DNA from: a virus
Lineage: Duplodnaviria > Caudoviricetes
IMG/VR virus record: IMGVR_UViG_3300049794_000017
Span: 1-61,298 of that record
DNA: 61,298 nucleotides
Direction: 5' to 3' (one strand)
The position numbers were made by a program, and so were the translations under genes. Positions 36,292 through 45,184 of the stretch are shown here, piece after piece. Each line of letters opens with the position of its first letter. The first letter of the stretch is position 1. The notes beneath the pieces were generated by a model. It did no database searches, had not been told where the DNA came from, and was given only the letters and a program-made list of their open reading frames with translations.

Positions 36292-36904
36292 CGGCCGGCT
36301 GCGCCTTGATCTTCAGGCGGAGCATCCGTGCCCGGGACCACGCGTCGAGCGGGTCCAGCATGGCGTCGGGGCGTAGCCACTCGGCCAGCTGCTCGCGGCC
36401 GTACACGCCTTGCGCTAGGTAGATGTCGTGGGCGTGCTGCGGGCAGACCCGGATCCGGTCGCCGGGCTGCCGGTCGCGGCCGCCGAGCCGGCCGTATTCG
36501 TCGGCGATGAACAGCGTGGGCGCGAGGTTGTCGCAGTTGGGTGCGATGCAGAACGGCAGCGATGCGCGGTCCAGCTCGCGCAGCAGGTGGTCGGCCAGGC
36601 GGATGTCGGTGACGGCGGCACCGGGGCAGCCCTGGCCGTACAGGTCGCCGTCGCGGCTGATGTAGGCGTTGAGGTGGCTGCCGCCGTGGTCGTTGACGAG
36701 GTTGTAGTGGCGCAGCTGGTAGGTGACCGGGTCTGGGGGCGACGAGACCGGGCTGGTGATGTCGTCGAGGGTCCACGGGATCGGGATCGGCGGCATCACG
36801 TTGTATGCGTAGGGCAGGTGGCCGGCCCGGTGGGGGACGGGGTGGCGCCGGCCGTGCCAGGGGCCGCCGACGAACAGCGGCTGGTCGCTGCTCACGTCAG
36901 CCAT
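36284..36904 (-). CDS. Hypothetical protein
   Basis: LFVGGPWHG motif; GGAGG RBS. Confidence 0.7.
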   Translation of the reverse strand: MADVSSDQPLFVGGPWHGRRHPVPHRAGHLPYAYNVMPPIPIPWTLDDITSPVSSPPDPVTYQLRHYNLVNDHGGSHLNAYISRDGDLYGQGCPGAAVTDIRLADHLLRELDRASLPFCIAPNCDNLAPTLFIADEYGRLGGRDRQPGDRIRVCPQHAHDIYLAQGVYGREQLAEWLRPDAMLDPLDAWSRARMLRLKIKAQPADG

Positions 36905-37062
36905 CGATGACGCCTCCCAGCGCGGGCCGCCCGTCGACGGGCTTCGTGGTCTTGTAGATCCGCGCCTTGCCGGAGATCACGATGTACTGATCCGGGCGCA
37001 GCGCGGTCGGCGAACCGGTCGACGACCCGAGCGTCGCTAGCCACTGCTGGGCTCGGTCACGG

Positions 37063-37326
37063 TCACTCACCGGACCTCCCGGACTGCTCGTGGACCATGC
37101 ACACGTCCCACGGGTGGTCGTACCCGCAAGCGCACTGCTGTGAGTAGGTGCGGCTACCGCTCGGCAGCTCGTCGGGATGCGGCAGCCGGTCGATGCGCTC
37201 TTGGAGCGCCTCCACGTGCGCGATCAGCGTCTGCGTGAGCTGGTCAAGGTGCGACCGGTCCTCCGGTAGCTCGATCCAGAAGTCCATGTATTCCTGCTGG
37301 CTCAGCAGCTGCTCGCCGTCAGCCAT
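37063..37326 (-). CDS. Hypothetical protein
   Basis: GAGGAG RBS; CACGYDH...VCMVH. Confidence 0.65.
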   Translation of the reverse strand: MADGEQLLSQQEYMDFWIELPEDRSHLDQLTQTLIAHVEALQERIDRLPHPDELPSGSRTYSQQCACGYDHPWDVCMVHEQSGRSGE

Positions 37327-37795
37327 TGGTCTTCTCCTCCTCGCCGCTTCGCGTCGGCGCCGACAGGTGGCCGCGAGTCGGCTTGCGCTCGGCGCGGCGG
37401 AGCTGGCCGGAGCCGAAGTCAGTCGGGAACGGCGGACCGTCCGCGGACTCCTCACCGATCACTAGGCCGGTGGCGTCGCGGTTGATCACGGCTCGCGTCG
37501 GCGCTGGCGCGTCCAACAGCCCGGCGGCTGCCCGACGAGCGTCACGTTCAGCCTTCGTCTCCCAGTGCCAGTCCGGCAGTAACTGCCAGCCGGTTGGGAA
37601 GTACCCGACAGCATCGGTACACAGCACGAAGCACGGGATGCACAGGATCTTGTCCGGGCCATGCGCGCGGACCACGTCATTCCAGAACACCGACTCCGTA
37701 AACCAGACGATGTTGTCGAGCGTGCCGCAGTCGGCGCACGGGCCATCGCCGCGCAGGTGCTCCGGCACCGCCACGCTCTCCGGAAGATCAGCCAT
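37319..37795 (-). CDS. Hypothetical Zn-binding protein
   Basis: PCADCG...W...LCIPCF. Confidence 0.7.
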   Translation of the reverse strand: MADLPESVAVPEHLRGDGPCADCGTLDNIVWFTESVFWNDVVRAHGPDKILCIPCFVLCTDAVGYFPTGWQLLPDWHWETKAERDARRAAAGLLDAPAPTRAVINRDATGLVIGEESADGPPFPTDFGSGQLRRAERKPTRGHLSAPTRSGEEEKTNG

Positions 37796-38381
37796 CGGCG
37801 TACTCCTCATCGGTCTCGCCCAGCTCGGCGGCGTGCTGCCGGCTCTCGGCTTCGAGCCGGTCGAGCCAGGCCGGACGTTGAGCTTGATCGGGTTCTGTTC
37901 CGCCTTCGGCGGGGCGCTGCGCGTCCCCGGTACCGTCCAGGGCGGCGAGAAGCTCGTTCCGCGACAGCGCGAAGGCGTCGGCCGGGTCGAGGCATTTGCG
38001 GCTCCACTCAGCCACCAGCGCCCGTACCCGCTGGACGGTGGCCCGGAGCCGCTCGACCTCGGCGAGAGTTGCCTCCGTCGCCTTGCCCCACGATGCGCGG
38101 TACTCCTCGAACGCCTGCTGCGTCAACCGGAGGTCTTCCTCGGCCTGGCACTTCGGCGCCGAGTGCCCGATCTTCCCCAGCGCCCGGTGCAGCGCGCCAG
38201 CCATCAACAGGTACGTGCCGACCCAGCCGGGCTCGCCGGGGATATCGCCGTACGGTGTGGCGTGCGCGTCGATGTCGAGAATGTGCTGCCGGAGGTCAGC
38301 TTCGGCGGCTTCGGCCCGCTCAGCGCGGGCGGTAGCGGCGTCCAACTCCAACAACAAGATCCGTTCCGCCTTATCAGCCAT
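37788..38381 (-). CDS. Hypothetical coiled-coil protein
   Basis: RBS; Ala/Glu-rich. Confidence 0.65.
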   Translation of the reverse strand: MADKAERILLLELDAATARAERAEAAEADLRQHILDIDAHATPYGDIPGEPGWVGTYLLMAGALHRALGKIGHSAPKCQAEEDLRLTQQAFEEYRASWGKATEATLAEVERLRATVQRVRALVAEWSRKCLDPADAFALSRNELLAALDGTGDAQRPAEGGTEPDQAQRPAWLDRLEAESRQHAAELGETDEEYADG

Positions 38382-38523
38382 CGGTGCTCTCCCGGGACTC
38401 GTAGGTGTCCACAGCGAAGAACTCGGAGCCGATCGACAGGTGCGCTGCAGGTTACGCACGGCGGTGTCGCGGGAGGCTGGGTTCTCCATTCCGGCGACGG
38501 TACGCGCGGGTCGCGACGCTACG

Positions 38524-38754
38524 TCAGATCTCCTGCAGCGTCAGGCCGATCGCGGCCATGGCGGCTTGTGCCCGCACCGCTGCAGTGCCGACACCGCCAC
38601 AGTTGATCCATTCGTTGGTGGCGCGTAGCGCGTTGGTGACGTGCGGAACCGGCAGGGTGATGCCCCAGTTGGTGGTCTTCGACGTGGTCTTCGACGTGGT
38701 CTGGGTGACGGTGGTGAACGCGCCACCCACGAGCGGCTTGACTTGCGTGGTCAT
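38524..38754 (-). CDS. Hypothetical protein
   Basis: ATGA-coupled to the thermonuclease. Confidence 0.6.
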   Translation of the reverse strand: MTTQVKPLVGGAFTTVTQTTSKTTSKTTNWGITLPVPHVTNALRATNEWINCGGVGTAAVRAQAAMAAIGLTLQEI

Positions 38755-39149
38755 GGCGTGGCTCCCGGTCGGGGCCATGGCGGTACCGGCTTGGCGCCCT
38801 TGCCGTCCCACGCGGCGGCCCACCCGTCGGTGATGAGTTGGGTGACCAGGTCGGTGCCGTCGGGCAGGGTGACGGCGGCGTCGTAGCGGCCGCCGTACTT
38901 GTCGGGTTTGAAGGTGTGGATGGTGACCCTGGTCGGTGCGGGCGCGACCTGCGCGAGCAGCGCGGCGAGGTGCGCGCCGGCTTCGGGTCCGCCGGGCTGG
39001 GCGAGTTCGCGGGCGTTGCAACCCAGCAGCCGGATTTCCTCGCCGAACAGCATGACGTGCCAGCCGAGGTCGACGGACACGGTGATGGTGTCGCCGTCGT
39101 GTACGGCGGTGACCATCGCGGCGTAGGTGTATGCGGGCTGGGCGGTCAT
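38751..39149 (-). CDS. Thermonuclease (SNase family)
   Basis: VHDGDT, IRLLGCNARE, DKYGGRY. Confidence 0.85.
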   Translation of the reverse strand: MTAQPAYTYAAMVTAVHDGDTITVSVDLGWHVMLFGEEIRLLGCNARELAQPGGPEAGAHLAALLAQVAPAPTRVTIHTFKPDKYGGRYDAAVTLPDGTDLVTQLITDGWAAAWDGKGAKPVPPWPRPGATP

Positions 39150-39392
39150 GCGTTGGACGCTACGCCGGGGTCGCGACCCTACCCCCCAGGTCGCTTGCCG
39201 CGGACCGATCCCACCGAAGCCGGGCCGCGAGTCCCGTTGCGCAGGCCTCACCGGCCTGCCGGCGGCTGGTGAGGTTTGGTGCTGTGGCGAGGCGGGTCAC
39301 GATTACCCGCGTTCGCGACCCCCGCGAGGGGGCCGGCCGGCAACGCATCCCGGAACCTGCGGTGGTGCTGCAGGGTGTGACCCTGTGGGAGG

Positions 39393-39465
39393 TGGCGGAG
39401 GCGGGACTTGAACCCGCGGCCTCGGGCTTATGAAGCCCGCGCGCTGCCGACTGCGCTACTCCGCT
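39393..39465 (-). tRNA. tRNA with CAT anticodon (Met/fMet-like), CCA not encoded
   Basis: AGCGGAG TA GCGC AGTCGGCA GCGC G CGGGC TTCATAA GCCCG AGGCC GCGGG TTCAAGT CCCGC CTCCGCC A folds as a full cloverleaf. Confidence 0.9.
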
Positions 39466-39671
39466 ACGCGAACCCCAGCGCGCCCGGCCGGGGTCCGCCC
39501 TCATTGGCGTGAGGCATTCAGGCTAACAGCGGCCTGCGACAATCGGCGGTGCGGCACCGTCGGCCTCGATCAGTCGGCGGTACGGCCTGGGCAGCGCGAT
39601 CCCGTGCCGCCGGATGAGGGTGAGTGTGAAACTCTCGCTCGGCCTGGGCCCCACGATTAGTGAATCGCGAT

Positions 39672-39986
39672 TCACCAGTTGCGGCTCTGCGGGCGGGGCG
39701 GCAACGCACGCCGTGCGCCGCGGCTCTGGTTGCAGAGGCGCCCGCACACCGGGCAGGGGTTGTGGAGGCGGTTCACGCCGGCGCCCATGGTGCCGTGCGC
39801 GGGCTGCAGGTTGCTCAGGTCGTCGAAGCCGGGTTTCCCGCGGGGCCAGTCCCGGGCGGTGATGATGTGGTCGGCGGTCGCGGCGCCCCGGTGTCCGCAG
39901 ATGCGGCACAGGTCGTCGACGGCCAGCAGGATGGCCCGGTTGTGGCGGTACCGCCAGCTGCCGGTGCCGGAGCGGCCGGATCTCAT
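39672..39986 (-). CDS. HNH endonuclease (HK97 gp74-like)
   Basis: CRICG...ADHII...SNLQPAH...CNQSRG. Confidence 0.85.
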   Translation of the reverse strand: MRSGRSGTGSWRYRHNRAILLAVDDLCRICGHRGAATADHIITARDWPRGKPGFDDLSNLQPAHGTMGAGVNRLHNPCPVCGRLCNQSRGARRALPPRPQSRNW

Positions 39987-40897
39987 CCGGGCTGTCCGGT
40001 GATGCCGGCGGCGCCGCCCTCTGTGATGCCTCTGGCGGCCGTGCCGGGCTGGTCGGTGCCGTGGGACCCGGAGGTGGCGTCTACCTCCACGGTGGCCCGC
40101 ATGCCGGGCGCGTCGGGCCCTTTCACGGCGGTGGTGGAGTCCAGCACGGCCCAGGGGGTGGGTGGTGCTCCGCCGAGGGTGATGGTGTTGGCGGCGGTGC
40201 CCGCGTCGACCAGGTTGAGCGCGACGAGGACACCCAGGGTGTCGGCGGTGGTGGCAGTGTCGGGTAGGGCCGGGGTTCCGCCGGCCAGCACGCTGATGGT
40301 GTCGGCGAGGGGGGTGGTGGCGGCGGCTGCGAGGGTGTTGGCGGCGGTGGCCGCGTCGGACAGGGGGACCGCGGCGGTGACCACCAGTGTGTTGCCGGCA
40401 GTGCCCGCGTCGGGCAGCGGTGCGGCGGCGGTCACCGTCAGCGTGTCGGTGCCGGCGCCGGGGTCGGCGACCGCGATGGGTTGGGCAACCGCCAGGGTGT
40501 CCGCGCCGGTACCGGAGTCGCCCAGCGCGGCGGTGACCGCGACGGTGAGTGTGTCGGCCGCGGCGCCGCTGTCGGCCAGGGCCGCGGCTGCGACAACGCC
40601 CAGCACGTCGCTGCTTGCCCCGGTGTCGGCCAGGGCCACCGCCGCGGTCGTGGTGAGGGTATCCGCACCGGCCCCGGTGTCGGTGAGGGTGACCGGCATC
40701 ACGGTGGTGAGGGTGTCGGCGCCGGCCCCCGAATCGGACAGCGCGAGGGTGACTGTCACGGTGAACGTGGAGTCGTCGCCGATCCCCGTGTCGAACAGCC
40801 CCGACGCGTGGGGTTGCAGTTGCCAGGCGGGTTTAGGGAACAGGTGCCGGCCGACCGACGTGGGGCTGGCGTACGGGCGTGGGGTCGGTCCAGGCAT
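39983..40897 (-). CDS. Repetitive Ala/Thr/Asp-rich virion-associated protein
   Basis: About a dozen ~17-aa repeats of LxDxGxGADTLxVx. Confidence 0.7.
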   Translation of the reverse strand: MPGPTPRPYASPTSVGRHLFPKPAWQLQPHASGLFDTGIGDDSTFTVTVTLALSDSGAGADTLTTVMPVTLTDTGAGADTLTTTAAVALADTGASSDVLGVVAAAALADSGAAADTLTVAVTAALGDSGTGADTLAVAQPIAVADPGAGTDTLTVTAAAPLPDAGTAGNTLVVTAAVPLSDAATAANTLAAAATTPLADTISVLAGGTPALPDTATTADTLGVLVALNLVDAGTAANTITLGGAPPTPWAVLDSTTAVKGPDAPGMRATVEVDATSGSHGTDQPGTAARGITEGGAAGITGQPG

Positions 40898-40921
40898 GGC
40901 CTACTCCCCTCGCCTTACCGG

Positions 40922-41382
40922 TCACTCATTCCAGGTGATGTGTCCCGCGCAGTTCACCGCGACGGCGAGGGTGACGACGATGCCGATCCGGGCGGAGATC
41001 GGCAGCACAATGCCGCGACCCAGCGGGTATTGCAGGAACGGGCCCAGGCCGACGGGTGTGTAGTAGTCCTGGTAGATGAGGTTGCCGGCGGTCGGCTCGG
41101 CGGTCCAGACCGCCGCGAGCGGACCGGTCAGGCAGGTCACACCGGCAGTCGGGTCGGCCAGGTCCTGCGGCATTGCCGTGCCCGCCACCCCACCGGTGCC
41201 GGCGGATGTTTGCCGGTTCAGCTGCACCAGCCCCGGCACCGCGGCCGCGTTGGTGCCGTTGAAGCTCACCGACCATTCGATGACCTCGGCCCGGGTGGTA
41301 GCCGGTGCGGTGATCTGAGCCAGAGTCTTGAGTACACGGTGCCGCTGGTGACCCCGGAGAACGTCAGCGTGTGGATGGACAT
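40922..41382 (-). pseudogene. Frameshifted paralogue of the 19086-19538 structural gene
   Basis: MSIHTLTFSGVTSGT then a shift at ~41332-41339 to LKTLAQITAPATTRAEVIEWSVSFNG. Confidence 0.65.
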
Positions 41383-41395
41383 GGGTAATACGTCC

Positions 41396-42202
41396 CTACG
41401 TCATCGAGGTGGTGGCCGCGCGGCCCTGGGTCTGCTGGCTCGGGTGTGCGGTGGACAGCCACCCATTGACGAAACAGTCGATTCCGCCCGCCGTGGCGGA
41501 GAAGAACGCCGTGGCGCCGTACACCGCCGACTGGTGTACCACCTTGTAGGCGACGTCCAGCCCCAGGTTGACGCCGGCCACATTGCTGGAGGCGACGTGC
41601 GTGCCCATCTGCACCCAGCCACCCGGCTGGTCCACATTGTTCGCCCAGCCCGTCACGGTCGGCGGTGTCGCCCCGCCGGTCATCCGGGTGCCGAAACAGG
41701 CAACCAGCAGCAGTGACCCCTCACGGGACAGCGTCGTGCTGCCCGTGCTCAGCGACGTCACCGCACCCGATGTGTCGAAGTTGGTTGACCCGCCGGGGTA
41801 CAGCTGCTGAATGTTCTGCGGGTCGGGTGGCACGCTGCTGAAAACCGGTTGGGTGTCGGCGATCTCGGCCATCAGCCACGCGTGTGGTCCGTCGATGCCG
41901 GAGGCGTCCTGGTAGGTGGCGGCGGGCCAGCCGTCGACGGTCAGGTATTTGAACTGGCACAGGGTGCCGGGGTTGCCGACCTGCGGCGCCCCCGTGCCCT
42001 GGAAGTTGCCCAGGTAGTCGCTGGGCGTGACGAAGTTGCACCACAGCGACAGGCCGTTGCCGTTACCCCCGCCAACCTCGAACAGCACCAGCGCGTTGTT
42101 CGCTGACGGAGCGTTCGGCAGCGACGGGAAGATGCTCTGACCGTTCGTGGCGCCAGTTCCGCCGGTGTTGACCTGGACGATGGAGGCGTCGGAGAACGGC
42201 AT
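41396..42202 (-). CDS. Virion-associated beta-rich protein
   Basis: IVQVNTG...PNAPSANNALVL pattern; Gly/Thr rich. Confidence 0.65.
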   Translation of the reverse strand: MPFSDASIVQVNTGGTGATNGQSIFPSLPNAPSANNALVLFEVGGGNGNGLSLWCNFVTPSDYLGNFQGTGAPQVGNPGTLCQFKYLTVDGWPAATYQDASGIDGPHAWLMAEIADTQPVFSSVPPDPQNIQQLYPGGSTNFDTSGAVTSLSTGSTTLSREGSLLLVACFGTRMTGGATPPTVTGWANNVDQPGGWVQMGTHVASSNVAGVNLGLDVAYKVVHQSAVYGATAFFSATAGGIDCFVNGWLSTAHPSQQTQGRAATTSMT

Positions 42203-42214
42203 CGGCGACCCCGC

Positions 42215-42754
42215 TCAGTCCAGGATGGTGACGCCGGCTACGTCGTCCCACAGCGTGGTGAGCGTGAACGCGATGTCCGTATCCGGCGGCATCTTGCGGA
42301 CCGTGCCGGTGGCGCCGCCGACACCGTTACCGGCCTGGGTGATCGTCAGCGTGGTGGTGGTCGGCACCGTGACCGCCACCCATCCGCCGTTGGCGTTGGT
42401 GTTGACCGCGTGCCCGGCCACCTCGATGCAGTCCGCCGCGGTCAATCCGTGGACCGCGGTGGTGGTGATCACGATCGGGTTAGCATTCGTGGACGACGTG
42501 ATCAACACCGGCGGGCCGTAGCCGCCGGCCACCGTCGCGTTCGTGGCGCACCCGTAGGCGAACCGCGGCACATACGACTCCACGTTCGTCAACACCGACA
42601 GGGCCAGCCGCTGCCGCTTATTGAACTTCTCCGGACCCATCCCGCCGACAGCCTCACCGGCAACAGCCGTAGCCGCAGCGATCAACGCGAGGCGAACCCG
42701 CGCCCGGAACACCAGATTTTCAGCCAGCGCGCTCTGGTCAGACAGTGAGGCCAT
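42215..42754 (-). CDS. Virion-associated protein with FCCH-like beta domain
   Basis: ITSSTNANPIVITTTAVHGL...NTNANGGW. Confidence 0.65.
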   Translation of the reverse strand: MASLSDQSALAENLVFRARVRLALIAAATAVAGEAVGGMGPEKFNKRQRLALSVLTNVESYVPRFAYGCATNATVAGGYGPPVLITSSTNANPIVITTTAVHGLTAADCIEVAGHAVNTNANGGWVAVTVPTTTTLTITQAGNGVGGATGTVRKMPPDTDIAFTLTTLWDDVAGVTILD

Positions 42755-42760
42755 GGCTAC

Positions 42761-43474
42761 CTACGGGGTTGCCTGCGCCGGCCAGTGCCCCAGGGTGTCC
42801 CACGGGTTCGGCACGTCGTCATCGGTGATGTAGCGGTAACCCGCCCGGGTGGCCTGCGAATGCGCCACGACGGTCGGCAGGTCCACCGCCGCGGTGGCGT
42901 ACACCAGGTGCCCGAACGCGTCGACCGGGTAGCTACCCGTCCACGCTGGGGGCGTCCACGCGAGGTAGGTGGCGGCGGTGCCCTCGAACACGACCAGGAT
43001 GTCGGCGCTCTTGGTGGCGCCGTTGAGTTGCCAATCGGTGGCGGCCGCCGACCCCGGGTTACCCACCACCAGGCGGGAGCCGACCGGCTTACCCAGCACG
43101 TAGGTGTAGATCGACCGGTAGTAGGCCGAGTCGGTCGAAAGGTTGCTCATCTCGTCGACGAACACGCCGTCCACGTCGTACCAGGCGTAATACTGATCGA
43201 TCTCCGCCTTGACGGTGGCGATGGCCCGCGCCGCGTAGCTGGTGTGCACGTACCCGACGACCCGGTGCTTGAGGTTACGGGCGTGGTTCACGGCGCCGGT
43301 GTAGTCCGACACCACCGCCGTACCCGGGCCGGACGCCGGGTTCATCACCGCAACCGAGCCGACACGGGTCTGCCCCGGCTGGGCCTGCCGCGCCCACGCC
43401 AGCCACGGTGTCGCCGGGTCCCAAATGCTCGGATAGACGTAGCCGGGCCACAAACACTTCTGGTCGGTCGCCAT
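42761..43474 (-). CDS. Spherulation-specific family 4 / GH135 glycoside hydrolase
   Basis: YVYP, NPASGPG, GYVHTSY, VDGVFVDE, VGNPG, DILVVFEG. Confidence 0.85.
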   Translation of the reverse strand: MATDQKCLWPGYVYPSIWDPATPWLAWARQAQPGQTRVGSVAVMNPASGPGTAVVSDYTGAVNHARNLKHRVVGYVHTSYAARAIATVKAEIDQYYAWYDVDGVFVDEMSNLSTDSAYYRSIYTYVLGKPVGSRLVVGNPGSAAATDWQLNGATKSADILVVFEGTAATYLAWTPPAWTGSYPVDAFGHLVYATAAVDLPTVVAHSQATRAGYRYITDDDVPNPWDTLGHWPAQATP

Positions 43475-43484
43475 GACGTCCCTC

Positions 43485-44159
43485 CTACGTGAACGACAGC
43501 GTCGCGGTAGCGGTCCAGGTCTGCCCGGATGCCTTCGTGCCCTGCGCCGAAAGCGCCCGGTTCAGCAACGGCGCGGTGACCGTGTTGCCGCTGGCGGTGC
43601 CGTTGTCGATGCCGAACTCGGCCCAGGTGAAGTTGCCGTCGGCGGTGCCGAACGTGGCCGCCCACGCGCAGGTCTTCGGGATGGTGCCGCCGACCGTCGG
43701 GGCGCCCGACACGAGTTGGAACCACCGGTGCGTTGAGCCGGCGGCGGCGGACAGGTCCGTGTCGGTCACCGCGTTGACCGCGGTGACGCCGTCACCGACG
43801 CCGATGCGGGTGTGGGTGGCGTCGTAGACGGCGGTCGCCGCCGGGACCGCGGTGAGGTTGGCCAGCACCCGCGCCCACCCGGCCTGCAGCACCGCGTTGC
43901 CGACCGTCTCCGTCGTCAGGTACGGCCGCACGCCCAGCCGGCGGAAGTCCGCGCCGGTCGGCTGCAGCGTCTTCCACGGGACGCCACTGGACACCGGCAG
44001 CTCGTGCAGCAACTTGCGCTGCGCCCACGCGGTCTGTTCGGCGTCCCACCGGTCGACCCGCCACGTGGTGGTGCCGAACCCGCCCTCACGCAGCGGCGCT
44101 CCCGCGCTGATGCCCATCGCGGCGACACCGCTTCCCCGGTCGCCGCTCATCCGACTCAC
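43485..44159 (-). CDS. Virion structural protein
   Basis: RIGVGDG...ATFGTADGNFTWAEFGI...LLNR. Confidence 0.7.
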   Translation of the reverse strand: MSRMSGDRGSGVAAMGISAGAPLREGGFGTTTWRVDRWDAEQTAWAQRKLLHELPVSSGVPWKTLQPTGADFRRLGVRPYLTTETVGNAVLQAGWARVLANLTAVPAATAVYDATHTRIGVGDGVTAVNAVTDTDLSAAAGSTHRWFQLVSGAPTVGGTIPKTCAWAATFGTADGNFTWAEFGIDNGTASGNTVTAPLLNRALSAQGTKASGQTWTATATLSFT

Positions 44160-44542
44160 CCGACCGTCTTCGCAGCGATCTGCAGGGTGGTCGGCGGGTT
44201 CGTCAGGTACGTCACCGTCAGCAGCCCGGCGTTGACCTGACCGGGCCCCGGATCGAACCGGTTGGTGCCGTCGTTGGGGATGAAGATCTCCTGTTCGTCG
44301 GTGGCCGCAAGCGTCATCGTGATGTCCTGGTCATTGCCGTACTGGCTGAGGACCACGTTGTTGAGGACGACGTTATTCGCGCCGGCCGTCGTCTTCGCCC
44401 GCAGGATGGTGCCGCGGCCGCTGCTGATCGGGATCAGGTCGCCACCGTTGGTCGCGGCGGCCCAGCCGGCCGACTGGCCACCAGCCGCCCCGGCATACGA
44501 CGAGCCAATCGGTACGTACGTCACACGTGCGAGCGTCGCCAT
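44156..44542 (-). CDS. Virion structural protein
   Basis: GGAGG RBS; AAATNGGD...F...RF pattern. Confidence 0.7.
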   Translation of the reverse strand: MATLARVTYVPIGSSYAGAAGGQSAGWAAATNGGDLIPISSGRGTILRAKTTAGANNVVLNNVVLSQYGNDQDITMTLAATDEQEIFIPNDGTNRFDPGPGQVNAGLLTVTYLTNPPTTLQIAAKTVG

Positions 44543-44560
44543 GGTCGATCCCTCCGCGAC

Positions 44561-44785
44561 TTACGATGCGCAGACGGCGTAAGCGTAGAGCCATAGCTCC
44601 TGGTTGCCAGACAGGCAGGCGAATACAAGATGCCACGCGTCGCCAGTATCGCTTGGATAGCTCGCGACGAGCGGGAACAACGGCTGGTAGCCCCCATAAC
44701 CCCCATCGCCCGACGGGTTCTTGAGCTTGAGATACCCGCCGCCGCCGAGCACGACTTTGCCTTCCGGCGCAGGCACTGCGAACAC
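44561..44785 (-). pseudogene. Fragment resembling the C-terminal domain of collagen-like/fibre proteins
   Basis: PEGKVVLGGGG...W...YAVCA; no clear RBS or N-terminus. Confidence 0.4.
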
Positions 44786-44915
44786 CGGATCGAGTCCTGC
44801 ATGCCGCGAGCGTAGACCCCGGCCGTTCCCACGCCAGGTCGCCTCGCGGTTCGGCTAGCGCGGAGCGCTCACCCGGCCCTGGGAAATTCAGCCCGCGTCA
44901 GCGGAATCTCGACGG

Positions 44916-45107
44916 TCATGTCCCTGCCCGCCCGTGTCGGCGGACGTAGTTCTCCAGCGCCCGTGTGATGACCTGGTTCAGCGGTTCGCGGCGCTGCCGC
45001 GCGACCTCCATGGCCTCCTCCCATACGGGGCCGATGCGGACGCTGCGGGTCGGGTGGTGGCCCGTGGCCGGCCGACCTGGCCGCCGCTTCTCGTTCTCCT
45101 CGGTCAT
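44916..45107 (-). CDS. Ribbon-helix-helix DNA-binding protein
   Basis: GRPATG...TRSVRIGPVWEEA...LNQVITRALENY. Confidence 0.8.
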   Translation of the reverse strand: MTEENEKRRPGRPATGHHPTRSVRIGPVWEEAMEVARQRREPLNQVITRALENYVRRHGRAGT

Positions 45108-45115
45108 AGCGGAAA

Positions 45116-45182
45116 TGTAGCACACAATCTGACCGAAAGGACTAGCCGTGTAGCACACAATCCCTAGATTGTGTGCTACACT
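45116..45182. promoter_or_regulatory. Divergent promoter with three 14-bp operator copies
   Basis: TGTAGCACACAATC at 45116 and 45149, inverted at 45167-45180; TGcTACACT extended -10 on +. Confidence 0.75.
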
Positions 45183-45184
45183 TA

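Noticed and set aside
36897-37070. Small gene between 36904 and 37063
   Set aside because: The protein-like frame (LRPDQYIVISGKARIYK) has an upstream TAG and no start; it may be another frameshift, but support is too weak.
39393-39465. tRNA as attP
   Set aside because: It is a full-length tRNA about 30 kb from the integrase, with no duplicated 3' core seen.
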